Positions 45,911-54,492 of a stretch of 64,000 bases of DNA are shown here, piece by piece. The DNA is from an uncultured Actinomycetota bacterium (GTDB lineage: Bacteria; Actinomycetota; Acidimicrobiia; Acidimicrobiales; RAAP-2), in assembly GCA_963745595.1 (NCBI GenBank), contig CAVUYB010000033.1:349-64348 (forward strand). Reading direction: 5' to 3'. Both the position numbers and the translations under genes were made by a program. The notes below the pieces were generated by a model, which saw only the letters and a list, made by a program, of their open reading frames with translations, made no database searches and had not been told where the DNA came from. The number at the start of each line of letters is the position of its first letter. The first letter of the stretch is position 1.

Positions 45911-47262
45911 CCCTCTTCTCGTCGCCGGTCCTACGGGCATCGCTCCGTTCGGCGGCCCAGCCCCGTCGGACCGGGCGGGTGACCCGCCTGGTCGGCTTGC
46001 GGGTCGAGGTCGAGGGGATCGACGCCGCGGTCGGCGAGGCCGTATGGATCCAGCGAGCCGCCGGTGACGTCCTGCCGGCCGAGGTCGTCGCCGTCCAGGG
46101 CGGCAGCTTGGCCTGCATGCCACTCGGTGAGCTGTCCGGCGTGCGCTACGGCGACGTCGTCGAGGCCGCCGGCCGGCCGCTGCCGCTGACGGTCGGTCCG
46201 GCCATGCTCGGCCGCGTCGTCGACGGCCTGGGCCGGCCGATCGACGACGGGCCGCCGATCGTCGAAGGCGAGGATGTCGGCATCGACGCGACGCCGCCGC
46301 ACCCGCTGCGTCGCGAGATGGTCGACCGACCGCTCGCTCTCGGTGTCCGCGCCCTCGACACCGCGGTGCCGTGTGGCCGCGGCCAGCGCCTCGGCATCTT
46401 CGCCGGGTCCGGCGTCGGCAAGTCGAGCCTGCTGTCGATGATCGCCCGCGGCACCGATGCCGAAGTCTCCGTCGTCACGCTGATCGGCGAGCGCGGCCGT
46501 GAGGTCAGCGAGTTCATCCAGCGCGACCTCGGACCCGAGGGTCTCGCCCGTTCGGTCGTCGTCGTCGCCACCTCCGACCAGCCGGCTCTCGTGCGCATCC
46601 GGGCCGCGTTCACCGGCACCCGGATCGCCGAGTGGTTCCGCGACCAGGGCAAGGACGTCGTGCTGATGATGGACAGCCTGACCCGGTTCGCCATGGCCCA
46701 GCGCGAGGTCGGCCTCTCCGCCGGCGAGCCCCCCGCGACCCGCGGCTACCCGCCGTCGGTCTTCTCGCTGCTGCCGAAGCTGCTCGAACGGGCCGGCGCG
46801 GCCGAGCGGGGGAGCATCACCGGGCTCTACACCGTCCTCGTCGAGGGCGACGACATGAACGAGCCGATCGCCGACGCCGCTCGGTCGATCCTCGACGGCC
46901 ACGTCGTCCTGTCGCGGCGGCTCGCCACCGCCGGCCACTTCCCGAGCATCGAGGTGCTCGACTCGATCTCCCGGGTCGAGCCGGCCATCACGACGACCGA
47001 GCAGCGGGCGCTCGTGCGCGAGCTTCGACGACTGCTCGCCGCCTACCGCGACGCCAAGGACCTGATCGAGATCGGCGCCTACGCCAAGGGCGCCAACCGG
47101 CTGGTCGACCGGGCCATCGAGCTGCGCGAGCTGATCGACGCCTTCTTGTGCCAGGAAGTTTCGGTGACGTACCCGGCCACCGAGTCGTGGGCGTGTCTGG
47201 CCGCCCTGCTCGCCCCGGTCACTGCGCTGGTGGGCACTGCGCCGGTGGGGGCAGCGTCGTGA
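45907..47262 (+). CDS. fliI: flagellum-specific ATPase FliI
   Basis: Candidate GTG at 45907. Walker A GSGVGKSSL, Walker B VVLMMDSLTRFA, then GSITGLYTVLVEGDDMNEPIADAARSILDGHVVLSR. Confidence 0.9.
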   Translation: MTLFSSPVLRASLRSAAQPRRTGRVTRLVGLRVEVEGIDAAVGEAVWIQRAAGDVLPAEVVAVQGGSLACMPLGELSGVRYGDVVEAAGRPLPLTVGPAMLGRVVDGLGRPIDDGPPIVEGEDVGIDATPPHPLRREMVDRPLALGVRALDTAVPCGRGQRLGIFAGSGVGKSSLLSMIARGTDAEVSVVTLIGERGREVSEFIQRDLGPEGLARSVVVVATSDQPALVRIRAAFTGTRIAEWFRDQGKDVVLMMDSLTRFAMAQREVGLSAGEPPATRGYPPSVFSLLPKLLERAGAAERGSITGLYTVLVEGDDMNEPIADAARSILDGHVVLSRRLATAGHFPSIEVLDSISRVEPAITTTEQRALVRELRRLLAAYRDAKDLIEIGAYAKGANRLVDRAIELRELIDAFLCQEVSVTYPATESWACLAALLAPVTALVGTAPVGAAS

Positions 47263-47690
47263 GCCACCGCTACCGCTTCCGGCTGGCCGCCGTTCTCCGC
47301 GTGCGCCAGGCCGAGGAAGGACAGGCCGCCGAGGCGCTGCGACGGGCCAACACCCGGGTACGCGAGCTGCTGGCCGTACGTGACGAAGAGGCCGCCCGGT
47401 ACCGGTCGCTCGCCGTCACGAGCGGGCCGATGACCGCGACCGAGCTGCGCCAGGAGCGGGCAGTCGCCGCGCTGGTGGCCGACACGGTGGCCGCCGCCGA
47501 CCAGGCCGCCATGACCGCGGCCGCGAACGCCGCGCTGGCCCAGGTGGCATGGTCCGAAGCAGCCCGTCGGGTCACCGTGCTCGAGCGGCTGGACGAGCGC
47601 CGGCGGGCCGAGCATGCCGACGACGAACGGCGGGTCGAGATCACCGAGGTCGATGATCTCGTGACCGCCCGGCACGGGGTGTCGGCATGA
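47259..47690 (+). CDS. fliJ: flagellar export protein FliJ
   Basis: GTG 47259 overlaps the fliI TGA. 143-aa coiled coil: FRLAAVLRVRQAEEGQAAEALRRANTRVRELL... Location fits fliJ. Confidence 0.7.
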   Translation: MSHRYRFRLAAVLRVRQAEEGQAAEALRRANTRVRELLAVRDEEAARYRSLAVTSGPMTATELRQERAVAALVADTVAAADQAAMTAAANAALAQVAWSEAARRVTVLERLDERRRAEHADDERRVEITEVDDLVTARHGVSA

Positions 47691-48886
47691 CCGACACCCT
47701 CTCGGCGATCCAGGGATGGATCACACAGGTCCAGTCCCAGATGGCGAGCGTCCCGGCCCAGATGGACGACGTGGCGCCGACCGGCGACTTCGCGTCCGTG
47801 CTCGCCCGCGTCGACTCGGTGCTCACCGCGGGTCCGTCGGCGGCGGCCGCGTCGGGAACCGACGCCGCCACACCGGACGCCACACCGTTCTCGTCCGTCG
47901 GGTCGGTCACATCGGCGAGCGCGGCGTACGGAACGGCGGCCACTGCCGGTCGCGGGTCGACCGGGCTGGCCGGCTCGTCGGCCGGCAATGCGGTCGTCAA
48001 CGAAGCCGAGCGGTTCGTCGGCACGCCGTACGTGTGGGGCGGCACCACCCCGGCCGGCTTCGACTGCTCCGGGCTCGTCCAGTACGTCTACGGGCAGCTC
48101 GGCGTCGACCTGCCCCGCACGAGCGAGGAGCAGGCCACCGTCGGCACCGCGGTACCCAGCCTGGCCGACGCCCAGCCAGGCGATCTCGTCTTCTTCGCCG
48201 GCAGCGACGGGACGACCACATCGCCCGGCCACGTCGGCATCTACGTCGGCCACGGCGAGATGATCGACGCGCCGTACACCGGTGCAGACGTCCGGATCGA
48301 ACCGGTCGGCACACCGGTCGCCATCCGCCGCGTCCTGCCGGCGACAACGGCTGCCACCAACGGTCTTGGCACCAACGGTCTTGGCACCAACGGTCTTGGC
48401 ACCAACGGTCTTGGCGCGAGTGGTCTTGGCGCCGCCGGGCTCACCGGGACGGCCGCGACGGCGACCGCCGGTGCAGGGGCGACGGCTGGCACAGCCGGTA
48501 GCGGCGTGCCGGCCACACTGGCGCCGCTCTTCGTCCAGGCCGCCGGCCAGTACGGCGTCCCGGTCACCTTGCTCACCGCGGTGGCCAAGCACGAGTCGGA
48601 TTTCGAGCCGAACGTGGTCAGCTCGGCCGGCGCGGAGGGGATCATGCAGATCATGCCCGGCACCGCGGCCGGGCTCGGCATCAACCCCTTCGACCCGGCC
48701 CAGGCGATCGACGGGGCGGCCCAGCTGCTGTCCGGCTACATGACCCAGTTCGGCTCGATCCCACTGGCCCTCGCCGCGTACGACGCCGGTGCCGGCGCGG
48801 TCGAGGAGTACGGCGGCATCCCGCCGTACGCGGAGACGCAGAACTACGTCACGGCCATCATGCAGGCGATCGGCGGCGCCGCGTGA
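47687..48886 (+). CDS. bifunctional peptidoglycan hydrolase: NlpC/P60 endopeptidase domain plus SLT lytic transglycosylase domain (FlgJ-like role by position)
   Basis: NlpC/P60: GTPYVWGGTTPAGFDCSGLVQYVY...GHVGIYVGHGEMIDAP. SLT: LLTAVAKHESDFEPNVVSSAGAEGIMQIMPGTA...AAYDAGAGAV. ATGA overlap with fliJ and GTGA overlap with fliK. Confidence 0.8.
   Translation: MTDTLSAIQGWITQVQSQMASVPAQMDDVAPTGDFASVLARVDSVLTAGPSAAAASGTDAATPDATPFSSVGSVTSASAAYGTAATAGRGSTGLAGSSAGNAVVNEAERFVGTPYVWGGTTPAGFDCSGLVQYVYGQLGVDLPRTSEEQATVGTAVPSLADAQPGDLVFFAGSDGTTTSPGHVGIYVGHGEMIDAPYTGADVRIEPVGTPVAIRRVLPATTAATNGLGTNGLGTNGLGTNGLGASGLGAAGLTGTAATATAGAGATAGTAGSGVPATLAPLFVQAAGQYGVPVTLLTAVAKHESDFEPNVVSSAGAEGIMQIMPGTAAGLGINPFDPAQAIDGAAQLLSGYMTQFGSIPLALAAYDAGAGAVEEYGGIPPYAETQNYVTAIMQAIGGAA
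48356..48430. repeat. in-frame 15-bp tandem repeat (accaacggtcttggc x4 plus 1 degenerate; peptide TNGLG)
   Basis: Read directly. Forms the linker between the NlpC/P60 and SLT domains. Confidence 0.85.
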
Positions 48887-50502
48887 CCGTCTTCGCGCTG
48901 CCTGGAGTACCCGCCTCCGCGGCGCCGAACGTCGGTCCGGCGGACGCGCCCGACCACCCGCCGGAAGGCGACGACGCCGGGGGCGGGTTCCTCGCCGCCC
49001 TGCAAGCCGCCACATCGGGGCGCGACACCGGCGCCCCTGGCTCGACGGCCGCGGCCGACCAGACGTCTACTGAGCCGGCGTCCTCTGGGCAGCCGCTCAC
49101 GGGGCAGTCATCCAGTGGGCAGACGCCGCCGACTGGCATCGACGGTCCTTCCACCGCGGGTGCCGCCGCGACGGGGTTCTCAGGCGACGACGGCACCGGG
49201 ACGGCGGCGCCGACCGGTGACGGGAGCGGCAGTGCCTCAGGATCGGCGACGTCACCGACGACGAGCCACCGTTCGCGGCATGGCCAGAAGGACGCCGCCG
49301 CCGAGGACCGGTCGACCGCGACCGCCCAACCGTCGTCCACCGGCGCCGACAGCCCGGTGCCGACGAGCGGGTCCGACGGTCCGGCGACCCCGATCGTGAG
49401 CGGCACCCCTCCGACCGCGACCGCCACACCGGCCACCGGGCCCGCCACCGGTCTGGCCGTCGGGGGGAGCATCCTTGGCCCGGCGACGGCGTCGGGCGTC
49501 GCCACGACGTCGACGTCGGCGAGCAACCCGAGCCCCGACGGGGCAGCGGCTGCCGTGGGCAGCGGGGCGGCGATCGCGACGACCGCCACCCTGGCCGCCG
49601 GCGGCGATGGACCGGCCGGTGGCGCGCCACCGGCCGGCGCAGTCACGGCGCCGGTCACGGCGCCGATCGGATCTTCGACGATCTCGGCGCCGTCGCCCGG
49701 GACGCCGACAAGCGGCGCCACCGCGACGGTTTCGAGCTCGACATCGGGGTCCCAGCCCGCCGGTCCAGCGGTCACGCCGTCCGGCCCGGCGTCGACGACG
49801 GACGCGACTGCCGCCGCGACCGCGGGGTCGACCCGGACGGCGCCCATCACCGAGCCGGCCGCCTCGACCGGACCGTCTACGGCGGCCGGTGGTCCGACCA
49901 CGCCCACGGCCGGCCAACCCGGTCCGGTCGCGGGGAGCTCGGCGCCGGCCGGAACGATGCCGGTCACGCCGATGCCCGCGGCCCCACCGACCGCGACGAC
50001 GCTGCCGGTCGTGCGTCCGCCGTCGACGACGGACATGCCGGGGGTGGCCGGTCAGCTGGTCGACGTCCTGTCGCCACCGCGGCCGACGGCTGGCGGGACG
50101 TACACGGTGACGATCGCCCTCCATCCCGACGAGCTCGGCGAGGTGCGGGCGACGGTAACGGCGGGCGAAGACCAGGTCACGGTCCGGCTGGTCGCGGCGA
50201 CCGGCGACGGCGACGACGCCCTCCGCCAGGCCCTGTCGCAGCTCCACGCCGACCTTTCGATCGGGGGCCAGCGGACGACGGTGACGGTCGGCGGGCGCGG
50301 CGACGACGCGCCGACCGGATGGACGGCCGGGCAGCCGACGTCCGACGGGCAGGCCGACGGACGTCCGGAGCCGAAGAACGGGGCGGCGGCGAACGGGACG
50401 TCGGTCGGCGATGCCCCGGCGGGTCGTGACGGGCCGCCGACCGGGTCGACGGTCGCCGACGGGACGACGGGCACCGAGCGGCTGATCGACGTGCGGGTGT
50501 AG
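48883..50502 (+). CDS. fliK: flagellar hook-length control protein FliK
   Basis: Long Pro/Ala/Thr/Gly-rich ruler region, then the C-terminal Flg_hook-like domain: TVTIALHPDELGEVRATVTAGEDQVTVRLVAATGDGDDALRQALSQLHADL. Confidence 0.75.
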   Translation: MTVFALPGVPASAAPNVGPADAPDHPPEGDDAGGGFLAALQAATSGRDTGAPGSTAAADQTSTEPASSGQPLTGQSSSGQTPPTGIDGPSTAGAAATGFSGDDGTGTAAPTGDGSGSASGSATSPTTSHRSRHGQKDAAAEDRSTATAQPSSTGADSPVPTSGSDGPATPIVSGTPPTATATPATGPATGLAVGGSILGPATASGVATTSTSASNPSPDGAAAAVGSGAAIATTATLAAGGDGPAGGAPPAGAVTAPVTAPIGSSTISAPSPGTPTSGATATVSSSTSGSQPAGPAVTPSGPASTTDATAAATAGSTRTAPITEPAASTGPSTAAGGPTTPTAGQPGPVAGSSAPAGTMPVTPMPAAPPTATTLPVVRPPSTTDMPGVAGQLVDVLSPPRPTAGGTYTVTIALHPDELGEVRATVTAGEDQVTVRLVAATGDGDDALRQALSQLHADLSIGGQRTTVTVGGRGDDAPTGWTAGQPTSDGQADGRPEPKNGAAANGTSVGDAPAGRDGPPTGSTVADGTTGTERLIDVRV

Positions 50503-50551
50503 CGGTGCGACGGCACCAGGGCGGTGGGTCCGCCGGAAGAGGAGGACGGCA

Positions 50552-51010
50552 ATGACGATCGGATCGATCACGAACTCGACGGCTGCGCCGACGGCGGCCG
50601 GCACGTCGGCGGCCGGCACGTCGGGAACGAGCTCGTCGACATCGACGACAAACTCGAACGAGGTCAGCCAGCTCGACAACCCGGACCTGTTCATCAAACT
50701 GCTGATGGCCGAGCTGGAGAACCAGAGCCCGACAAGCCCGACGACACCGAGCTCGATCCTCCAGCAGACCTCCGAGCTGTCACAGGTGGAGGCCGTCACG
50801 TCGATGACGAAGGCCGTCGACCAGCAGGAGCAGGTCTCGGAGAACAGCGAGGCGACGAGCCTCGTCGGTCAGCAGGTGACGGCGGTCGTCGGCGGGACCA
50901 CGGTCAGCGGCGCCGTCTCGGACGTGACCCTCAGCAGCTCGGGGTCGCCCGTGCTCGACGTCGGCGGGACGCAGGTCCCACTCTCGTCGGTGACCCAGGT
51001 CGGGAGCTGA
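50552..51010 (+). CDS. flgD: flagellar hook capping/assembly protein FlgD
   Basis: DLFIKLLMAELENQSPTSPTTPSSILQQTSELSQVE ... SLVGQQVTAVV. Confidence 0.85.
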   Translation: MTIGSITNSTAAPTAAGTSAAGTSGTSSSTSTTNSNEVSQLDNPDLFIKLLMAELENQSPTSPTTPSSILQQTSELSQVEAVTSMTKAVDQQEQVSENSEATSLVGQQVTAVVGGTTVSGAVSDVTLSSSGSPVLDVGGTQVPLSSVTQVGS

Positions 51011-51029
51011 TCTCTCGATCGTCCCAGCT

Positions 51030-51073
51030 CACGACCCAGCGAACCGCACGACCCAGCGAACCGCACGACCCAG
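51030..51073 (+). repeat. intergenic 17-bp tandem repeat (cacgacccagcgaaccg, 2.6 copies) between flgD and flgE
   Basis: Units at 51030-51046, 51047-51063 and 51064-51073 (partial). Confidence 0.8.
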
Positions 51074-51131
51074 TCAGCCAACCCGACGCAGTCCGAAGAA
51101 CGACCCAACAACGAGTGACAGGAGCAGAACC

Positions 51132-52436
51132 ATGGCAGAGCGTTCCCTTCTCGCAGCGGTCTCCGGCATCGATGCCAACCAGACCCTGCTCGACGAGATC
51201 GGCGACAACATCGCCAACGCCGACACCGTCGGCTACAAGGCCGGCCAGGTCGAGTTCGGTGACCTGCTGAGCGAGCAGATCGCCGGGGCGACCGCGCCGG
51301 GGGCCACGTCCGGCGGGACGAACCCGGTGGCTGTCGGGTCCGGCGTGCTCGTCACTTCGGTCGGCACCGACCTGACAGAGGGCTCGCTCGAGTCGACCGG
51401 CAACCCGAACGACGTGGCCATCCAGGGGTCGGGGTACCTCGTCGTCGACAAGGGCGGCCAGCAGCTCTACACCCGGGACGGTGCACTGACACCGGACGCC
51501 GCCGGCAACCTGACCGTCGACGGCGGCGTCGTGATGGGCTGGGCGGCCAACGCGGCGGGGACAATCAACACGAACGCCCCGCTGACGGCCATCCAGATCC
51601 CGACCGGCCAGACGATCGGGGCGACCGCGACGACCGAGCTGACGCTCGGCGGGAACCTCCCGGCCTGGGACGGCGTGGGGACCCCGCCACAGATCACGGT
51701 CACGACATACGGCTACGACTCCCTCGGCGCGGTCGTCCCGGTGACGTTCACGTTCACCGGCGTGGCCGGGACGGCCAACCAGTGGACGATCCAGGGGACG
51801 GTGCCGAACCCGGGCGGTGGGACGGACGACCTCTTCACAGCCACCGCGTTGCCGACGATGAGCTTCAACCCGACGACCGGCCAGATCACAGCGATCACCG
51901 GCGCCACCGTCGGGGCGAACGGCACACTGTCGTTGAAGGTCACCACCATGCCGGCCGGGTACACGTTCCCGACAGGCGATACGTGGAGCGTCGACTTCCC
52001 GGCGCCGGGGTCGACCGGCTCGGTGACCCAGTACGACAGCCAGCAGACGCTCGGCGTCCGCGGCCAGGACGGCTACCCGGCCGGCGCGCTGGAGAGCTAC
52101 TCGATCAGCAGCGACGGGGTGATCACCGGCTCGTTCTCCAACGGCCAGACCCGGGCGATCGCCCAGCTCGCCATGGCTTCCTTCGCCAACCCCGGTGGAC
52201 TGGTGGACCAAGGTGGTGGGCTCTTCGCCACCACCCCCAACTCGGGCCAGGCTCAGGTCGGCGTGGCCGGCACCGGCGTGCTCGGCACCTTGCTCGGCGG
52301 CCAGCTGGAGCAGTCGAACGTCGACATGGGCACCGAGCTGACCGACCTCATCACCGCCCAGGAGGCGTACGAGGCGAACACGAAGGTCGTGACGACGACC
52401 GAGCAGGCGGTGCAGGCGCTCGAGACGATGAGCTGA
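51132..52436 (+). CDS. flgE: flagellar hook protein FlgE
   Basis: MAERSLLAAVSGIDANQTLLDEIGDNIANADTVGYK ... LEQSNVDMGTELTDLITAQEAYEANTKVVTTTEQAVQAL. Confidence 0.9.
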   Translation: MAERSLLAAVSGIDANQTLLDEIGDNIANADTVGYKAGQVEFGDLLSEQIAGATAPGATSGGTNPVAVGSGVLVTSVGTDLTEGSLESTGNPNDVAIQGSGYLVVDKGGQQLYTRDGALTPDAAGNLTVDGGVVMGWAANAAGTINTNAPLTAIQIPTGQTIGATATTELTLGGNLPAWDGVGTPPQITVTTYGYDSLGAVVPVTFTFTGVAGTANQWTIQGTVPNPGGGTDDLFTATALPTMSFNPTTGQITAITGATVGANGTLSLKVTTMPAGYTFPTGDTWSVDFPAPGSTGSVTQYDSQQTLGVRGQDGYPAGALESYSISSDGVITGSFSNGQTRAIAQLAMASFANPGGLVDQGGGLFATTPNSGQAQVGVAGTGVLGTLLGGQLEQSNVDMGTELTDLITAQEAYEANTKVVTTTEQAVQALETMS

Positions 52437-52469
52437 TCGCGGCGAGCGCGCTGATCGGCGAAACGGGGC

Positions 52470-52497
52470 TCAAGTACCGGCCCCGACGTGCCGATAG
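52470..52497 (+). promoter_or_regulatory. putative internal sigma-28-type promoter upstream of fliM: TCAAG-N15-GCCGATAG
   Basis: TCAA at 52470-52473, 16-nt spacer, GCCGATAG at 52490-52497. Lies in the 141-nt gap after flgE. Confidence 0.6.
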
Positions 52498-52577
52498 GCA
52501 AGGTGCGCGCCAAGACGGCGGCCCAGGAGCACCGGCCACGGACGGGTCCGGACCGATGAGCACTGCAGGTCGACGTC

Positions 52578-53633
52578 GTGGGGTCGCGCCATGGGCACGA
52601 GCAACAACCGAGGATCGAGGGCGGTAGGGCACGGGGCGGTGCTCCGTTGACGCCGGTCATCCTGTCCGGCGACCCGAGGGTCCGCCGGTACGACTTCAAC
52701 CACCAAGAAGCGATCGACCGGGCCCGGCTCCGCCGGCTGCAGCCGGTCTTCGATGCGCTCGCTCACCGCATGGCCGGCTCGCTGACCGGCAACCTGCGCC
52801 GTCCCGTCCACATCACCGCCGTCGGCTTCGAGCAGGCGCCCTGGGAGGAGTACGCCGGGGCCATGGAGGACCCGACGTTCCTGGCCAGTGCGTCGGTCAT
52901 CGGCCCGGACGGCCGTTTCGTGCTCCACCTGCCGGTCGAGCTCGTCCTGGCCCTCGTCGACATCCAGCTCGGCGGCGAAGGCGGCGCCCAGCCGGAGCGC
53001 CTGACGTTGACGGACATCGAGCACGCACTGGCCGGGTCGCTCGTCGAGGATCTCTTCGCGGTCCTGCCGACCGCGTTCGACGCGTTCATCGATCTCGGGA
53101 TCGGCGTCATCCAGACGACGCGGAGCAGCATCTACCTGAAACTCGGCCGGCCCGGCGAGATGTGCCTGTTGGTCGAGCTGCGGCTCGGCCTCGGCGACGC
53201 GCCGGACCGGACGCTCCACCTCTGCATCCCGCTCACCGTCCTCCATCCGATCCTCGAGGCGTTCGAGCGGCTGCAGAACGCCGAAGGCCGGGAGCTGCCG
53301 ACCGGGTCGACGACCGCTCAGCAGCGGTTGCTCGAGGTACCGGTGGACCTGGAAGTCGCCTACCCGTCGATCGGCCTGACCCCGACCGAGTTGCTCGGCC
53401 TCCGGGTCGGCGACGTGATCTCGCTCCATCAGGACAAGGAGGAGACGCCGTCCCACGACATCGTCGTCGGCGGCGTCCTCTTCGGGCGCGGCGTCCTGGT
53501 GGAGCGCGGGAAGCGGTTGGCCTGCACGATCACCAATTCGATGGGCACGGGCTCGATGGGTCCGGGCTCGATGGGCACGGGCTCGATGGGCAGGGACTGG
53601 ATGGACACGAGCGTGGAGAAGGAGATCCGATGA
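52578..53633 (+). CDS. fliM: flagellar motor switch protein FliM
   Basis: VRRYDFNHQEAIDRARLRRLQPVFDALAHRMAGSL... and the C-terminal SpoA-like LGLRVGDVISL. Start is uncertain (GTG 52578 or TTG 52647). No obvious LSQxEIDALL CheY-binding N-terminus. Confidence 0.85.
   Translation: MGSRHGHEQQPRIEGGRARGGAPLTPVILSGDPRVRRYDFNHQEAIDRARLRRLQPVFDALAHRMAGSLTGNLRRPVHITAVGFEQAPWEEYAGAMEDPTFLASASVIGPDGRFVLHLPVELVLALVDIQLGGEGGAQPERLTLTDIEHALAGSLVEDLFAVLPTAFDAFIDLGIGVIQTTRSSIYLKLGRPGEMCLLVELRLGLGDAPDRTLHLCIPLTVLHPILEAFERLQNAEGRELPTGSTTAQQRLLEVPVDLEVAYPSIGLTPTELLGLRVGDVISLHQDKEETPSHDIVVGGVLFGRGVLVERGKRLACTITNSMGTGSMGPGSMGTGSMGRDWMDTSVEKEIR
53541..53600. repeat. in-frame 15-bp tandem repeat (atgggcacgggctcg, 4 units; peptide MGTGS/MGPGS) at the FliM C-terminus
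   Basis: Read directly from the sequence. Confidence 0.8.
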
Positions 53634-53938
53634 ACGACGAGGTCCCGGTAGGCGTCCCGCTGGTGTCGGCGCCACTGCCGCTGGAGGCGTTGCACGACGT
53701 CGAGCTGAAGGTCGAGGTCGTGCTCGGCCGGGCCCGGCTGCCGCTACGCGATCTGCTCGGCGCCCACCCGGGGACGACGATCGAGCTCGACCGGACGGTC
53801 CACAGTTCGGTCGACGTGATGGTCAACGGGACGCTGTTCGCCCGGGCCGAGATGGTCGTCGTCGACGACGCGGAGATCGGTGTGCAGATCACCGAGGTCG
53901 TCGGGATCGACGTACCCCGAGACGGGCGGGTCGGCTGA
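53630..53938 (+). CDS. fliN: flagellar motor switch protein FliN
   Basis: ATGA overlap with the fliM stop. LHDVELKVEVVLGRARLPLRDLLGAHPGTTIELDRTVHSSVDVMVNGTLFARAEMVVVDD. Confidence 0.85.
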   Translation: MNDEVPVGVPLVSAPLPLEALHDVELKVEVVLGRARLPLRDLLGAHPGTTIELDRTVHSSVDVMVNGTLFARAEMVVVDDAEIGVQITEVVGIDVPRDGRVG

Positions 53939-54492
53939 TGGGCGGTCCTGGCGCCCTGGTCGCCGCGTCGGCGGCCCACGGCCTGCTGGTCGCCAGCCAG
54001 TCCACGACGACGACGGCGCCGGACATCTCGATCGGCCACGTGCTCTTGCAGATGGTGATCGCCCTGCTCGTCGTCGTCGGCGGTATCTGGGGGTTCAGCA
54101 AGATCATGCGTCGCGGCGGTCGGTTCGGCGGCACGGCCGGACGGGGCCGCCACAAGGCACCGGCGCCCGGCCTGACCGTCCTCAGCCGCCAGCCGATCGG
54201 CAAGGGCAAGTCGATCGCCGTCGTCCAGGCCGGCTCCCGTCAGTTCCTCGTCGGCATCTCCGAGTCCGGCCTCAATCCGCTCGGCGAGATCGAGCCGAAC
54301 GACGACCCCGGTCCGGCGGCCGGCGATCGGCTGGCGACCAACGGCATGGCGACCAACGGCATGGCGACCAACGGCATGGCGACCAACGGCATGGCGACCA
54401 ACGGCATGGCGGGTGACCCGCGACCGGGCAGTGGCATCGCCGCCGCGGCGTCGTGGTTGGACGGCCTCCGAGAGGCGACCGTCCGGCGTTGA
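53938..54492 (+). CDS. fliO: flagellar biosynthesis protein FliO/FliZ-like
   Basis: Single TM (LLQMVIALLVVVGGIWGF), then LTVLSRQPIGKGKSIAVVQAGSRQFLVGISESG. Sits in the fliO position between fliN and fliP. Confidence 0.7.
   Translation: MGGPGALVAASAAHGLLVASQSTTTTAPDISIGHVLLQMVIALLVVVGGIWGFSKIMRRGGRFGGTAGRGRHKAPAPGLTVLSRQPIGKGKSIAVVQAGSRQFLVGISESGLNPLGEIEPNDDPGPAAGDRLATNGMATNGMATNGMATNGMATNGMAGDPRPGSGIAAAASWLDGLREATVRR
54334..54408. repeat. in-frame 15-bp perfect tandem repeat (gcgaccaacggcatg x5; peptide ATNGM) in FliO
   Basis: Five identical units, read directly. Confidence 0.9.

Noticed and set aside
47270-50799. Minus-strand ORFs 47270..49015 (581 aa), 48858..50036 (392 aa) and 49252..50799 (515 aa)
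   Set aside because: Antisense to fliJ, the peptidoglycan hydrolase, fliK and flgD, with low-complexity translations.
54334-54408. 15-bp perfect repeats as a CRISPR-like or phase-variation (frame-switching) tract
   Set aside because: The unit length is a multiple of three and lies inside fliO, so copy-number changes keep the frame. There are no spacers.
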